From NCBI RefSeq assembly GCF_009914755.1, contig NC_060935.1: DNA of 64,000 bases; one strand, given 5' to 3'. The notes beneath the pieces are model-generated. The model searched no databases. It was not told where the DNA came from and saw only the letters and a list, made by a program, of their open reading frames with translations. Position 1 is the first letter of the stretch. Each line of letters opens with the position of its first letter. This document shows, piece after piece, positions 1 to 13,936 of this stretch. Source of the DNA: the human T2T-CHM13v2.0 reference genome, Homo sapiens. The position numbers were made by a program, and so were the translations under genes.

Positions 1-1807
1 ACCCTATTGCATGTACCCCACATACACACACGTCCACACACACATACATACTTCTCACTGATACGTTAAAAAAAATCTTAGTATTCTAAGACAGGCCAAT
101 GCTTGGAAACGGGGAAACAAAGATATAATAAATAAGGCTATAAACATTAATAAATGTAAATAAAAAAGAGTAATCAATTGTTATAGGAGATACAGTCATA
201 TATTATATTGGATATAATGGGACTGCAGAGTAGGGAATGCCCTGCTTTTTCAAGAGCATCAGTAGAGCTTTCATGGAGAAGACTAGACTCTCAATTTTGA
301 AAGGCGACCAACCACTCATTGAAGACAGGTATTGACAGGTAGTTAGCAGATAATAATTGAATGTAAAATTAGACTACTGATGTAAAGTTTTTCAAAGTAT
401 GTTTGTCAGAATATTAGATTCATAGGATTTTTTTTTTAAAGACCTGTCTAAATAAGCTAGGCAAACAACCTAAATAGGTTAAACAAAGAAATACGATTTG
501 GATTTCTTCTCGATTGTCTTATTACATAGCTCACTGCAGAATATCTCAAAGTTTTCTCTTTGCTGATGAGACATGACTTTCCAAGCTGGTGGGACTATAG
601 AGCTTGTTTTGAAAATTATTAAAATGCCTTTACCTAGGTAGAATTTCTTAGGACATGGTCCTCCAAAAGAGCCCCTTTTGCAGATGCTGTTTTGGGGTCT
701 TTCGTCTTCTGATACATGTGTAATGTGAATTTCAAGATGTTAATCATTTTTCACAATTGTCACTTCAGTGTGTTTATTACATCTTATTATAGAATACTTC
801 CTTTTGATAATTCTCCAAACTGGATGACCACATGGTTCTGTACAGCTCCTTCTAAGGCTTGTCTCATTTCAGCTAATTATGCACTTAGATAATCAGTCAC
901 TGTCCAGTCTCCAAACAAATACATTTCTAGGAATTTGTGCTCTCAAGAGTCAAATGGACATTCCTTCATTAACGAAGATGTGGTATTAGCTTTAAGTGGC
1001 CTTTCTTCTATTATTGAAGATAAGTACAAGAAATAAGTATAGGAAAATTTAAAAAGGAGCTAACGTCATTCTTAGTTTTCAAAGCTTTTTGAGTGAAACA
1101 GCTCTAGCTGTAGAAGAAGGGACTCTAGGGAAAACAACAACAAAATAACACAATGAAAAATACAAAGGAAATATAATTAACAACAATCAAAATCTTCGTG
1201 ACTCTTTTCCCACCTGCCCATGTAGAATCTCAGCTTTTTCATAGTTTTCATTGTTTTTCTGGGAGTTCCCAGTGGATTTGTCACATGAGCTTGAGAAAAA
1301 TCTCATCTTGAAGGTGGTACTGCTGCTGTGTTGCTAGGCATCTGCTGTGTGCCATTTTTTTGAGGCCCAACTTATACTTAAAGCACCAAATCCATTTAGA
1401 CTCCAAAACTGTGCAATGTGCATTTGTAACACGTGGGTGAATACTCCATCCTATTAGTGCTACTTCCAATGATAGAGTTTCCAAATCAGCAATAATGGTG
1501 TCCCAGTTTCTCACAGTTCTTGGTGAAAACAAAAGCAGACAAACAAAACCTATTTTAGTTTCCAGTGCTCTCTCAAATACATTATCACAATTTATCTCCA
1601 CAACAAGGGGGTAAAACAGGTATCATTATTCTCATTTTATACATGAAGAATGTGAGGCAAAATGGATATCAAAACAAGAGTCCTTTTGTTCTGTTCACAT
1701 GTTCTCTGAAGCACCATTTTCCAGGGTGGAAACCACTTCCAAATAGGCTTGGAATAGATCTTAGCAGAATCCAAAATATTGGTATCTATGTTAAGGAAAA
1801 ATAGTTA

Positions 1808-2115
1808 CAGCTGTCTTTCCATATCCTCGGCTTCCTCTTTGCAGATTCCACAATAAAAATACGTGAAAAATAAAAAATAGCAATACATCAATAAAAAATA
1901 ACTTAAAAGCAATGCAGTGTTACAACTATTTACATAGTATTTACATTGTATTAGGTATTAAAAGTAAACTAGAGGTGATTTAAAGTATACAGGATGATGT
2001 GTGTAGGTTATATGCAAGTATTACAAAATTTTATCTCAGAGACACAAGCATCTGTGGATTTTGGTATCCGTGGGGTTCCTGAAATCCATCCCTGATGACT
2101 ATTGAGAGAATACTG
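1808..2115 (-). mobile_element. MER2 (TcMar-Tigger non-autonomous DNA transposon)
   Basis: CAG...CTG termini flanked by TA at 1806-1807 and 2116-2117. The interior matches the reverse complement of recalled MER2 (tttacattgtattaggtatt...tgatttaaagtatacagga...ggattttggtatccgtgggg). Confidence 0.85.
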
Positions 2116-2799
2116 TACTCGTCAAGCTGTTACTATACTAGTAAAATCATTTATTGCTTTATGATATTGACATGGAATCTGCTGAGCAATTGCTAGTACT
2201 TCTCAGGGTTTCTGCTGTGGCACTTGTCCAACATCATAGGATCCCTCCTTCTGAGGACTGTGATGTTTCCTGTAAGCCTAAAGCACATTTTTATAGTCTT
2301 TATTTGCTCCACATCTCAATTAATATATACACTTCTATAGATCTCATGCTATATTTAAAATAGAACTTATAAAACAATTACTTAGTATACCTGTCCTGAA
2401 CTGGCCACACCATAACAAGATAGATATTTTAAAATAGATATATCCACACGAATCATCAAAATTGAAATTGTGACAATAAGTTTACATGCCATCATGTCGA
2501 AACATCTGTGAATATAGGGCACTGCCTTGGATTTCCCATCTAAACAAGAACCACACATTTCCAAAAAAAAAAAAAAAAATAGTTGCCATCAATTCACATT
2601 AATTATTAATCTTTACTGATTTTGAATACAAGAATATTGTCTTCATTTTCCAAATGTGGAAAAGAAAGTTCATGAAATGATATATAACGGAAATGAAGCT
2701 AGAGTAATGATTCAGACCTTTGCGTGCCAAAACTTATGCTTTCTTTACTGTAGCTGAATGATCTCTACAGCTTTTATGGACTTCTTGTTCTCTAAGTCT

Positions 2800-3330
2800 A
2801 TTCCTTCAATCAACAAGTATGTGTTGAGCATCATCTGTGTGACAAGCATTGTGCTAGGTGCTTGAGATAGAATTTCTTGCTCTCAGGGAGTTTAACTTGA
2901 AACTGATGAGTGGGGAATTACAAGGTGGGAGATGTAATAGCAAACAATACATAGAAAGATAAATAAATTCAGATACATTTTTAAAGTGTAAAATTATTAA
3001 AGATGGTGGAGGATGTGGAATGATGGGTACACAATTGCCTATAACTTAGTGGTTAAAGAGAACAGTAGAAGATGAGGCCTGAGCGTTAACCTGGACCACC
3101 TCATATAAGATCTTACAGGTCATGGTAAAAAGCTTTAAAATTTTTTTCTTAAAGCAACTGGGGTATTTTAGGGAAATGGTATCATCTGATTTACATTTTA
3201 ATAGATTACTTTGGCTATTGTGTAGAAATAAATTGGCTGGGGCAAAAGCAAAAGTAGATAAACCAGTTAGAAATACATTCCATCATTCAGACAAAAAAAA
3301 TGTAGTGTTTTGGGCTATGGTAATAGCCGT
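2800..3330 (-). mobile_element. L2 3' end fragment
   Basis: attccttcaatcaacaagtatgtgttgagca...tgtgctaggtgct resembles the antisense L2 3' terminus. The right boundary is approximate. Confidence 0.6.
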
Positions 3331-5067
3331 GGCTATAATTCTTTATAATCCCAGAAGTTTCTGTATTATTCTTGTTTTTCTAAAATATTTAAGTACACAG
3401 AAGTTGGGCACTTTCTGGCTCTAATGAAATCATTTCTTCAAAAACTGTTGCCAACTTCAATTCATTCGCTGAGCATGAAGGAACACATGGGTGCACTGGG
3501 CAGCTTTTCTTCAATCCATTCCCTCCTGACAACCCTCTTCAGCCCATCACATATAGGGAAGATGGGTTTCTTTCTCTGTCCCCCAAGGAAATTCCTTTGC
3601 TTTTTTATATATTTTATTGTCCTAATTTCTGAGGCACTTATTTTTAAACACTGACAGATTTAGAAGAGAAAGATAGATGAGAGTCATGTGTTGCAATGGT
3701 TAAAAAAAAAAAAAAGGAGGTTGAAAATACACGACACAGTCGTAGATCAGAGGAGAAGCTGGCAGCGTGGTGAAGACTACTCAGGCATTTCTGATGCCTT
3801 TTCTTTGCTTTGATTCAAACACAATTTTCTGGGATTCATTTGCAGCTGGCCAGGGCACAAGGGACCATGCCACAAGTAGGTGATCTCAACAGGAACCAAT
3901 GTTTGACCACAGGACTACAGTGGATAACAGAGCCTCATGACCTCAAATGGCAGATGAAAACAAAGCACGGTTACAGGACAGGAGGGGCTGGAGTGTCTGG
4001 AAGGTTATTGGAACAAATACTCAACATGTAGCTTGGCCTCATACAGTGGGCCTATGAGCCCATTAATACAAGATTCCAAAATCCAGTGTTTATTTCTGTC
4101 ATCCTGTACCCACCTAACTTGCTTCAGATCTGCTTCTGCATTTAATTTCTCTATCCTCTTCATATTACTCCTGTTAGTCCTTTAATTCAAGTCCCTTTCA
4201 AGGACTCTGAATTTAACTTATCACTGCTTTCCTTGCATTGGAGAGTCTCAGCTTATATACCTTCCATGGCAGAGTTCCTTGGATTGGACCAAACTCCCCT
4301 TATCTATGACTGGTGGGCACTTTTGTTTTCCCACTTTATTCCCTATTCAGGGAGAGAGTGGGAATTCAGATATTGAAACACTGGTAGAAAAAAGAAAAAA
4401 AAAAGACAGCTTATTTTTTGAACTCCCATCAGGAAGGGTACTTCTCAAGAAGCATATCACGAGTCATCTCTGAAGTTGAGGAAGAAGATCAGAAAATATT
4501 CTTCAGGCAATATCAGTAACAAATTATCTGCTGCAAAAACAGAATGAGGAATGGTCATAACGCTGGAACTGGGCTAAGCTTGTGTTAGAAATCCTGTGGC
4601 AAAAGCTGGGGAGAGTTGTATAATTTAAAAGCCTGGACAAAAATAAGTTAGTTTACCTATACTTTTCTGTGCAGCTGCCTCATGCTCCTCCACAGGAGAG
4701 GATATCGTTTTGGAAAGACAGATAACACATTTCCTCATCAAAGGTACTGGTTTAAAAAAATCATTATTTTTCTATTTTATTTTCTGGTATTGTGTCCTTC
4801 TATATAAACTTATAATAATGGGATGATGCAATAATAATATATTAATAATTGTAAATAATAATTTAAAATATCCCTAGTACTAGAATTCAAACACATTGCT
4901 TTTTGATATTTTATCTAATCACAGAATGGTCTGTATATAGCTTTGTGTATTGCTCTGTCCTTGTTTGTGTGTGTGCATGGATGTGAGTGTGTGTGTGTTT
5001 GTATTCTGCCTTTTTACTAAAGATATTGGCATGAATACTTCACTCTTTTAATACACAATCTTCATAC

Positions 5068-5725
5068 ATGTTAGTTTTCTATCATTTCCATAACAAACTA
5101 CCACAAATTTAGGGTATAATACACACAAATTTATCATGTCAAAGTTCTCTAGGTAAGAAGTCTTGGGTTGGGTTGGCTCTTCAGATCAGTCTCACAGAGC
5201 TGAAATCGAGGTGACGACAGGGCTGTATTCCTTACAGGAGGCTCTGCAGAAGAGTCCACTTTCAAACTCATTCAGATTATTGGTTGAATTTAGTACCTTG
5301 TCGTTGTAAGATTAAATCCTGCATGTCTGTGCTGACTGTCAATGTAGTGGAAGTGGGGACATCCTGATTTTCCAGAGACTTCTCCCTGGTTTTTGCATGA
5401 AGCCCCCTGTATCTCAGTACTAGCAATGCCACATCAAATCCTTCTCACCCTTGATATGTTTCTGGATTCATCTTCTGCCTCATGTCTTCTACTCCTTCTG
5501 CTGGTCTATCTTTCTCATTTTAGCTAGGCAAAGTTCTCTGATTTTATAGGTTCATGTGGTTAGATTGTTCGATCCAGTTAATGCAAGATTATCTCCTTAT
5601 GTTAAGTTCTGTGACCTTATTTGCACTTGTAAAATCTCTTTGGCAATGTAAGGTAACATTCATAAGTTCCGCTGATTAGGATGTGGACATCTTTAGGGGG
5701 AAGGTCATTATTTAGCCTATCACAA
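5068..5725 (-). mobile_element. MLT1-family (ERVL-MaLR) solo LTR
   Basis: Begins ...ataacaaactaccacaaatttag and ends aggatgtggacatctttagggg...cattatttagcctatcaca, typical antisense MLT1 termini. Confidence 0.75.
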
Positions 5726-6968
5726 TATGTGTCATCTTTAATCACTTTATTAATTTGATATACCACAATATTAAAGAATATTTTTGAAGATAGGATATAT
5801 ATTATATATATTTGAATTTTTGTTTTGCAATTATAAATGATATATCTATTATTATCTAGAGCTCTTGAATTATTTCTTTTAATTGAACATCAGTGAATTA
5901 AATTATTAGATACATGGACGCACACAGTTTATTGCTATATTGATTTATAATAGGTTTATACCAATTTCTAAAGCTCAGCCCTAAAAGATTGAATAATTTC
6001 ATAACTACCTTACCAGCATTGGGCTTAAAAATTTTTAGAGGTTTATTTCTAGCTCATAATTGTTATGGAATGTTAACATTTTGTCACATACGTATTATAA
6101 TTTATATGCCTTCCTGTGTGAAGTGTCTTCAATATTATTTTTATATTTATTTTTTGGCATTTGGTGTTTTGTGTAAGCTTCTTAAAATTACAGAAATTAC
6201 CCCTCTATCTGTCACATGCGGAAACAACACTTTTCCATATAGGTCGTTACTCTATTTTAGCTTAGTATTTTTTCAATGTAGATAGTTGATCTTTTTAACC
6301 ATTTAAACATACCATAGTTTTTTTGATATTGTTCTTTTTGATTTAAGTCTAAGAAAGTTATCATTATTTCACAACTCTTACCAATTGTTTTATTTCTTCA
6401 AACCTTCTTATACTGGTGTAAATATAATATTTCATCTACCTTTCAAGAACTGATTTGTGTACTTGGCATTTTTCAACAGAGGGCAGCATTTTACATTTGT
6501 TCTGCTTTGTGGGTGCGTATTTCAACCACAGAACACCAAATGTCATTCTGAAATCTGTTCAGCACATACAGCAAACCAGGAGAACAACATGTACAAGTAT
6601 ATTTCTATGGAAACAAAGGATGCATTTTCTTATTACAGAGCTTCTGGGAGATTCTTAAATCTTCTTTGGAATGCTATAAGTGGTTTTCAAATGAATATTT
6701 GTGGTGAAAACACTTTTTAAAAAGAAAGTATGTTTGAAAAAAATGAGTCAGTTTTAGAAAGCAGCTATGACAGATGCTCTATACAGATATACAGAGCCTT
6801 ATTAGAAATGAGTATGACTGAACAACTAAGACAATAAAGCTTGAATTTGCTGCAAACAATGTAACCAATTTGGGACAAGAATTGCTGTTAAAACTCTGTT
6901 CTCTATATGACTTAATTTTTTTAAGAAGTCTGTATTGTGGTTTTAATTGTCTTCATGATAAATTTTGA

Positions 6969-7406
<438 letters not shown>

Positions 7407-8067
7407 TGCTGTCTATTTTTTACTTTCTTGTTAGACCCTAGACCGTTCTGGGACCAATCATTGTCTTATTATCTGTATATACCAGAATTTGATCATACTG
7501 GAGCGCACATAATAAGTGTTCATTAAATATCAAATGGAATGATACTGAGGTTAATAATTTTCTGCTTATTGGAGTGGTGATACTTTTTTTTTTGAGTTTC
7601 TAGTATTTCTCTAAAATATGTAGTCCCTGGACTTGGTCTCATCTCAATAAAAAGTATTTTGGTAAACAAGGTGCCTTTTTGTGTGGGGGATTTTGTAGAA
7701 CATAACCTGATGTTTTTGTAAAACATTTTGAAATTATTGATAGAAACTTACAAATGGACCTATAAGTTCATAAGGAAAGTAAGTTTCAAGGTATATCCAC
7801 TCTTGATTTCTAAATACATTAGGGTCTTAGGGCTGTGGAGGTGGAAAGCAAAGAAAGAGCTTAGGAATTTTATATTTTAAGAGGTCTGAATTGTCTGGAC
7901 TGAAATGAAAACAAGAAATAAGGTTGTCCACCACACATTTTTGCAAGATAGCATAAGTGAGTGGAAATTCATAATTCTTTGAAATGGTATGGAATTGACA
8001 ACAGGCCTGACATTTGGTAAGACTTTAAGTGCAAATTTAAAAAATAATATATATATATATAGAATTT

Positions 8068-8920
8068 TTTCTTCATGTCCTTAGCCCACTTTTTGATGGG
8101 ATTCTTTATTTTTTCTTGCTAATTTGTTTGAGTTCCTTGTAGACAAATGATGAACACGTGAAAAAATGCTGAACATCACTGATGATCAGAAAAATTCAAA
8201 TGAAGAATGCAAGAATGGCCACACAAAAAAATTAAAATATACTAGATGTTGGCATGGTTTCAGCGAAAAAGGAACACTTCTACACTGTTGGTGGGAATGT
8301 AAACTAGTACAATTACTATGGAAAACAGTGTAGAGATTCCTTAAAGAACTAAAACTACCATTTGATCCTGTAGTCCCACTAGTGGGTATCTGCCCGGAGG
8401 AAAGTAAGTGATTATACACAAAAGATACATGCACACATATGTTTAAAGCAGCACAATTTGCAATTGCAAAATTATAGAACCAGCACAAATGCCCATCAAT
8501 CAATGAGTAGATAAAGAAATTGTGGTATATATATGATGGAATACTACTCAGTCACAAAAAAAAAAAAAAAACCGAATTAATGGAATTCGCAGCAACCTGG
8601 ATGAAACTGGAGATTATTATTCTAAGTGAAGTAACTCAGGAATGGAAAACCAAACATTGTATGTTCTTACTTATAAGGGGAGCTAAGCTGTGAGAATGCA
8701 AAGGCATAAGAATGATACAATGGACTTTGGGCATTCGGGGGAAAGGGTGGGAGGAGGGTGAGGGATAAAAGATTGGGTTCAGTGTATACTGCTCAAGTGA
8801 TGGGTGCACCAAAATCTCACAGATCACCACTAAATAACTTACTCATGTAACCAAATACCACCTGTTCTCCCGAAACCTATGGAAATAAATAATTTTTAAA
8901 AATATAAATAAAAATAAATC
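8068..8920 (+). mobile_element. L1PB-type 3' end with short 5' inversion
   Basis: ~8143-8920 is sense ORF2 end and 3'UTR (ggatgaaactggag...gggtgcaccaaaatctcac...cctatggaaataa) with an A-rich tail. ~8068-8142 is the adjacent upstream L1 sequence in antisense. Confidence 0.88.
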
Positions 8921-10163
8921 TCATCTGTTCTCAAAATTAAATAAAATTAAATAAATGATAGAATCCCTCTTGGATCTCCCGTAAATACTCCAACTGTGGC
9001 TGCTCCGTGTTGAAGCATTTCAGGAGTGAGTCCAAAGTGCTTGCACTCAATTAATTGAATAGTTACTGAATGTTTCCCATGAGCCAAAGACTGTCATATA
9101 CATAGGATGCCATAATAGAGAAGATAGTATATCTGTGTAGTGTTACCAAAGTCCTAGAATAACATTGCTCATTAAATGTTCCTTTCTTTTAGATGATTGA
9201 AGATCCAGCACATTGACTGCAGATGCTCTTTTCTCATCTGCATTTGTCAACATTCTTCAAAACTCATCACCAGGATCAACTGTCTTAACTCAATTATCTC
9301 TGGTACGTCCCATATTTAAAATGTTTCTTTTGGAATACAGTGTGAACTTGGGATATTATTGTGCTGTGACTTACCTAGAGAGGGGACTCCTTAGGATAAA
9401 CGTACTGTCCCTTACTCATTATTTCTGCCTGACACTAGGCCTAGTACAAAGTGTAGGATTGTAGAATGAATAAATCAATGGATACCTGGATAATAAATGA
9501 AGAGTAATTTGCAAACATGTATTTGCTTTTTTATTATAAAGTATTCCAAATAGTAGGAGAATAAAAGTATATTCCCACCTCCCAGACTGAAAAATGAAGA
9601 TATTTTCCACATCACCTTTAGGTATTTTTAAAAATAGAAATAATTTTTTACAGATGGAACACCATTAGTATCTCTCATTATTTACCCTTTTCCATCCTTT
9701 GAGTAAAAATATTCTTAAAATTTGTGTTTATCTTTCATGTTATATTTTAACTTTGAATATATAGCTCCATAAAGATATATAGTGTTATTTACACTTATTA
9801 ACCATAAATGGTAACACTGCCAATAATGTTTTTACAACTTGGTTCTTTTACTCTATATCATGCTTCCAAAATTTATTTTGACAAATAGATAGATTATTTT
9901 TATATAAAGGCTATGCAATATTTATGAATAAAATACAGGTATCCACTTTACTACAGATGAATATTTTGAAAGAATATAATTTATCGATATTATTAAAATG
10001 CTAATTAGTCTTTCTGTGCATACCCTCAGCTTCTATAGTGGTATTACTTGGATGCTTGTCCCCTATAAATCTCATGTTGAAATGTGATTCTCAATGTAGG
10101 AGGTGTGGCCTAGTGGGAGGTATTGGATCATGGAGGCAGGTTCCTCATTAATGGCTTAGTACT

Positions 10164-12479
10164 TGTATTAGTCTATTCTCACACTGCTATGAAGAAACAC
10201 CTGAGACTGGGTTATTTATACATGAAAGAGATTTAATTCACTCACAGCTCCACATTGCTGGGGAGGCCCCAGGAAACTTACAATTATGGTAGAAGGCAAA
10301 GGAGAAGCAGACACCTTCTTCACAGGCTCACAGGACAGAATGAGTGCCAGCAGGGGAAATGTCAGATGCTTATAAAACCATGAGATCTTGTGAGACTCAC
10401 TCACTATCAAGAGAACAGCATGGGGGAACAACCCCCATAATCCAATTACTTCCATCTGGTCCCACCCTTGACACATGGGGATTATGAGAATACAATTCAA
10501 GGTGAGATTTGGGTGGAGACACAGAGTCAAACTATATTCTGCCTCTGACCCTTCCAAATATCATGTCCCTTTCACATTTCAAAACCAATTATCCCTTCCC
10601 AACAGTACCACAAAGTCTTAACTAATTTCAGCATTAACTCAAAAGTCCATAGTTGAAAATCTCATCCAAGACAAGGCAAATCCCTTCTACCTATGATCCT
10701 GTAAAATCAAAATGGGGGAAATTGGACAAATTGAAGGGGCTACAGGCCCCATGAAATTCCAAAATTAAATAGAGCAGTAGTTAAACTGTAAAGTTCCAAA
10801 ATGATCTCCTTTGACTACATGTCTCTCATACAGGTCATGCTGATTCAAGTGGTGGGCTCCCATGGCCTTGGGCAGCTCCACACCTGAGCCTCTGAAGGGT
10901 ACAGCCCCCCTCCAAGCTGCTCTCAGAGGCTGGCATTGAGTGTCTGTGGATTTTCCAGGTGCACAGTGTAAGCTGTTGGTGGATATACAATTCTGGGGTC
11001 TGGAGAACAGTGTCCCTCTTCTCACAGTTTGACTAGGCAGTGCCCCAGTGGGGACTCTGTGTGGGGGCTCCAACCCTACATTTTCCTTCTGCATGGCCCT
11101 AGCAGAGTTTCTCCATGAGGACTGCACTTCTGCCGCAAACTTTTGCCTAGACATACAGGCACTTACATAAATCCTCTGAAATCTAAGCAGAGAATCTCAA
11201 ACCTCAATTCTTGTCTTCTGTGCACACGCAGGACCAACACTACATGGAAGCTGCCAAGGCTTGGGGCTTGCACCCTGTGAAGCAACAGCCCAAGCTGTAT
11301 GTTAGCCCATTGTAACCACAGCTGGGATACAGGGCACCAAGTCCAAAGGCTGAACAGAGTAGAAGTGGGGCTCTGGGTCCGGCTGACCAAATAGTTTTTC
11401 CTTCCTAGGCCTCCAGGCCTGTGATAGGAGAAGCTGCCAGAAAAGTCTCTGACATGCCATGGAGATATTTTCCCCATTGTCATGGTGATTAACATTTGGC
11501 TCCTTGTTCCTTGTGCAAATTTCTGCAGCCAGCTTGAATTTCTCCTAAAGAAATGAGGTTTTCTTTTTTACTGCATCGTCAGACGGCAAATTTTTTAAAT
11601 TTTTATGCTCTGCTTCCCTTTTTAAACTTAAGCTTCAATTCCAAGCCACCTCTTTGTGAATGCATAAAACTGAATCCTTTTAAGAGCGCCCAAGTCATCT
11701 CTTGAACCCTTTGCTGCTTAGAAATTTCTTCTGCCAGATACCCTCAATCATCTCTCTCATGTTGGTAGCTCCACAGATCTCTATGGCCGGGGGATAATGC
11801 CATCAGTCTCTTTGCTAAAGCATAGCCAAGAGCCACCTTTATTTATTCCAGTTACCAACCAGTTTTTCATCTCCATCTGAGACCACCTCAGCCTGGACTT
11901 TATTATCCATATCACTATCAGCATTTTGGTCAAAGCCATTCAACAAGTCTCTAGGAAGTCCCAAACTTTCCCACATCCTTTCTGTCTTATTCTGAGCCCT
12001 CTAAACTGTTCCAACCTCTGCCCTTTACTCAGTTCCAAAGTTGCCTCCACATTTTCAGGTATCTTTATAGCAGTGCTCCACTACCTTGGTACCAATTTAC
12101 TGTATTTGTCCATTCTCACACTACTATCAAGAAATGCCCCAGACTGGGTAATTTATAAATGAATGAGGTTTAGTCTACTCACAGTTCTGCATTGCTGGGG
12201 AAGCTGCAGAAACCTTACAATCATGACAGAAGGCAAAGGAGAAGCAGTCACCTTCCTCAGAGAGTGGCAGGACAGAGGGCATTCAAGCAGGGAAAATGCC
12301 AGACACTTTTAAAACCATCATATCTGGGGAGACTCACTCAATATCATGAGAATAGCATGGGGGAAACCCACCACCATGATACAATTACCTCCACCTGGTC
12401 CCAGCCTTGACACATGGGGATTATGGGGATTACAATTTGAGGTGAGATTTGGGTGAGGACACAGAATCAAACCATAACA
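10164..12479 (-). mobile_element. THE1 (THE1D-like) element: LTR-internal-LTR
   Basis: Two related antisense LTRs (10164-~10538 and 12101-12479, tgtatt...aaaccata) flank a ~1.56-kb THE1-int. Decayed MaLR ORF fragments are present (ORF 10765-11154, LEPPHRVPTGALPS). Confidence 0.93.
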
Positions 12480-12554
12480 ACAGCATCCCCTTGGTGATAT
12501 GTGAGTTGTCACTCAGTAAGTTCACACAAGATTTGGTTGTTTAAAAGAGTCTGG

Positions 12555-12858
<304 letters not shown>

Positions 12859-13278
12859 TCATTCTCCCTCTTGCTCCTGCTTTCACCGTGTGATACCACC
12901 TACTCTCCCTTAGCCTTCCATTGTGATTGCAGGCTTCCTGGGGCCCTGTGCCCTCAGCAGAAGCAGATACTAGTGCCATGCTTTTACAGCCTACAGAAAC
13001 ATAAGCCAATTAAGCCTCTCTTCTTCATAAATTACCCAGCCTCAGATGTTTCTTAATAGTGATGCAAGAACAGACTAATACATATAGATGCTTCCCTTAC
13101 TCCACAAAGTGTTTGTAAAACTTTGCATATTCCTAAGCAGAGTGTATTTTTCTGATTACTTAAATCTTCACCAAACTTCAATTCTATTCCATTTATCCTT
13201 TTAAAACCTTATGCCACTTCTTCATTCCTTTAATTATTCTAGATTGATACTACATTATGTTAGTACATCTCTTGCTGC

Positions 13279-13359
13279 TTTTTTTTTGAGACGGAGTCTC
13301 CTCTTGTTGGCCAAGATTGTCTCAACTTCCTGACCTCATGATCCAACCACCTCAGTCTC
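13279..13359 (-). mobile_element. Internally deleted Alu remnant
   Basis: Poly-T and gagacggagtctc..tgttg (right arm) are joined to gccaagattgtctc..cctgacctcatgatcc (left arm). Confidence 0.8.
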
Positions 13360-13936
13360 TGTCCTTGCAATAGTTCGCTAAGAATGATGGTTTCCACCTT
13401 CATCCATGTCCCTACAAAGGACATGAACTCATCCTTTTTTATGGCTACATAGAATTCCATGGTGTATATGTGCCATATTTTCTTAATCCAGTCTATCATT
13501 GATGGACATTTGGGTTGGTTCCAAGTCTTTGCTATTGTGAATAGTGCTGCAGTAAACATATGTGTACATGTGTCTTTATAGTAACATGATTTATAATCCT
13601 TTGGATATATACCCAGTAATGGGATCGCTGGGTCAAATGGTATTTCTAGTTCCAGATTCTTAATGAATCACCACACTATCTTCCACAATGGTTGAACTAG
13701 TTTACAGTCCCACCAACAGTGTAAAAGCGTTCCTATTTCTCCACATCCTCTCTAGCACCTATTGTTTCCTGATTTTTTAATGATCACCATTCTAACTGGT
13801 GTGAGATGGTATCCATTGTGGTCTTGATTTGCATTTCTCTGATGACCAGTGATGGTGACTTTTTCATGTGTCTGTTGGCTGCATAAAGGTCTTCTTTTGA
13901 GAAGTGTCTGTTCATATCCTTTGCCCACTTTTTGAT
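13360..13936 (-). mobile_element. L1PA ORF2 3' fragment lacking most of the 3'UTR
   Basis: ORF 13260-13559 encodes MFTAALFTIAKTWNQPKCPSMIDWIKKIWHIYTMEFY, the L1 ORF2p C-terminus. Confidence 0.93.
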
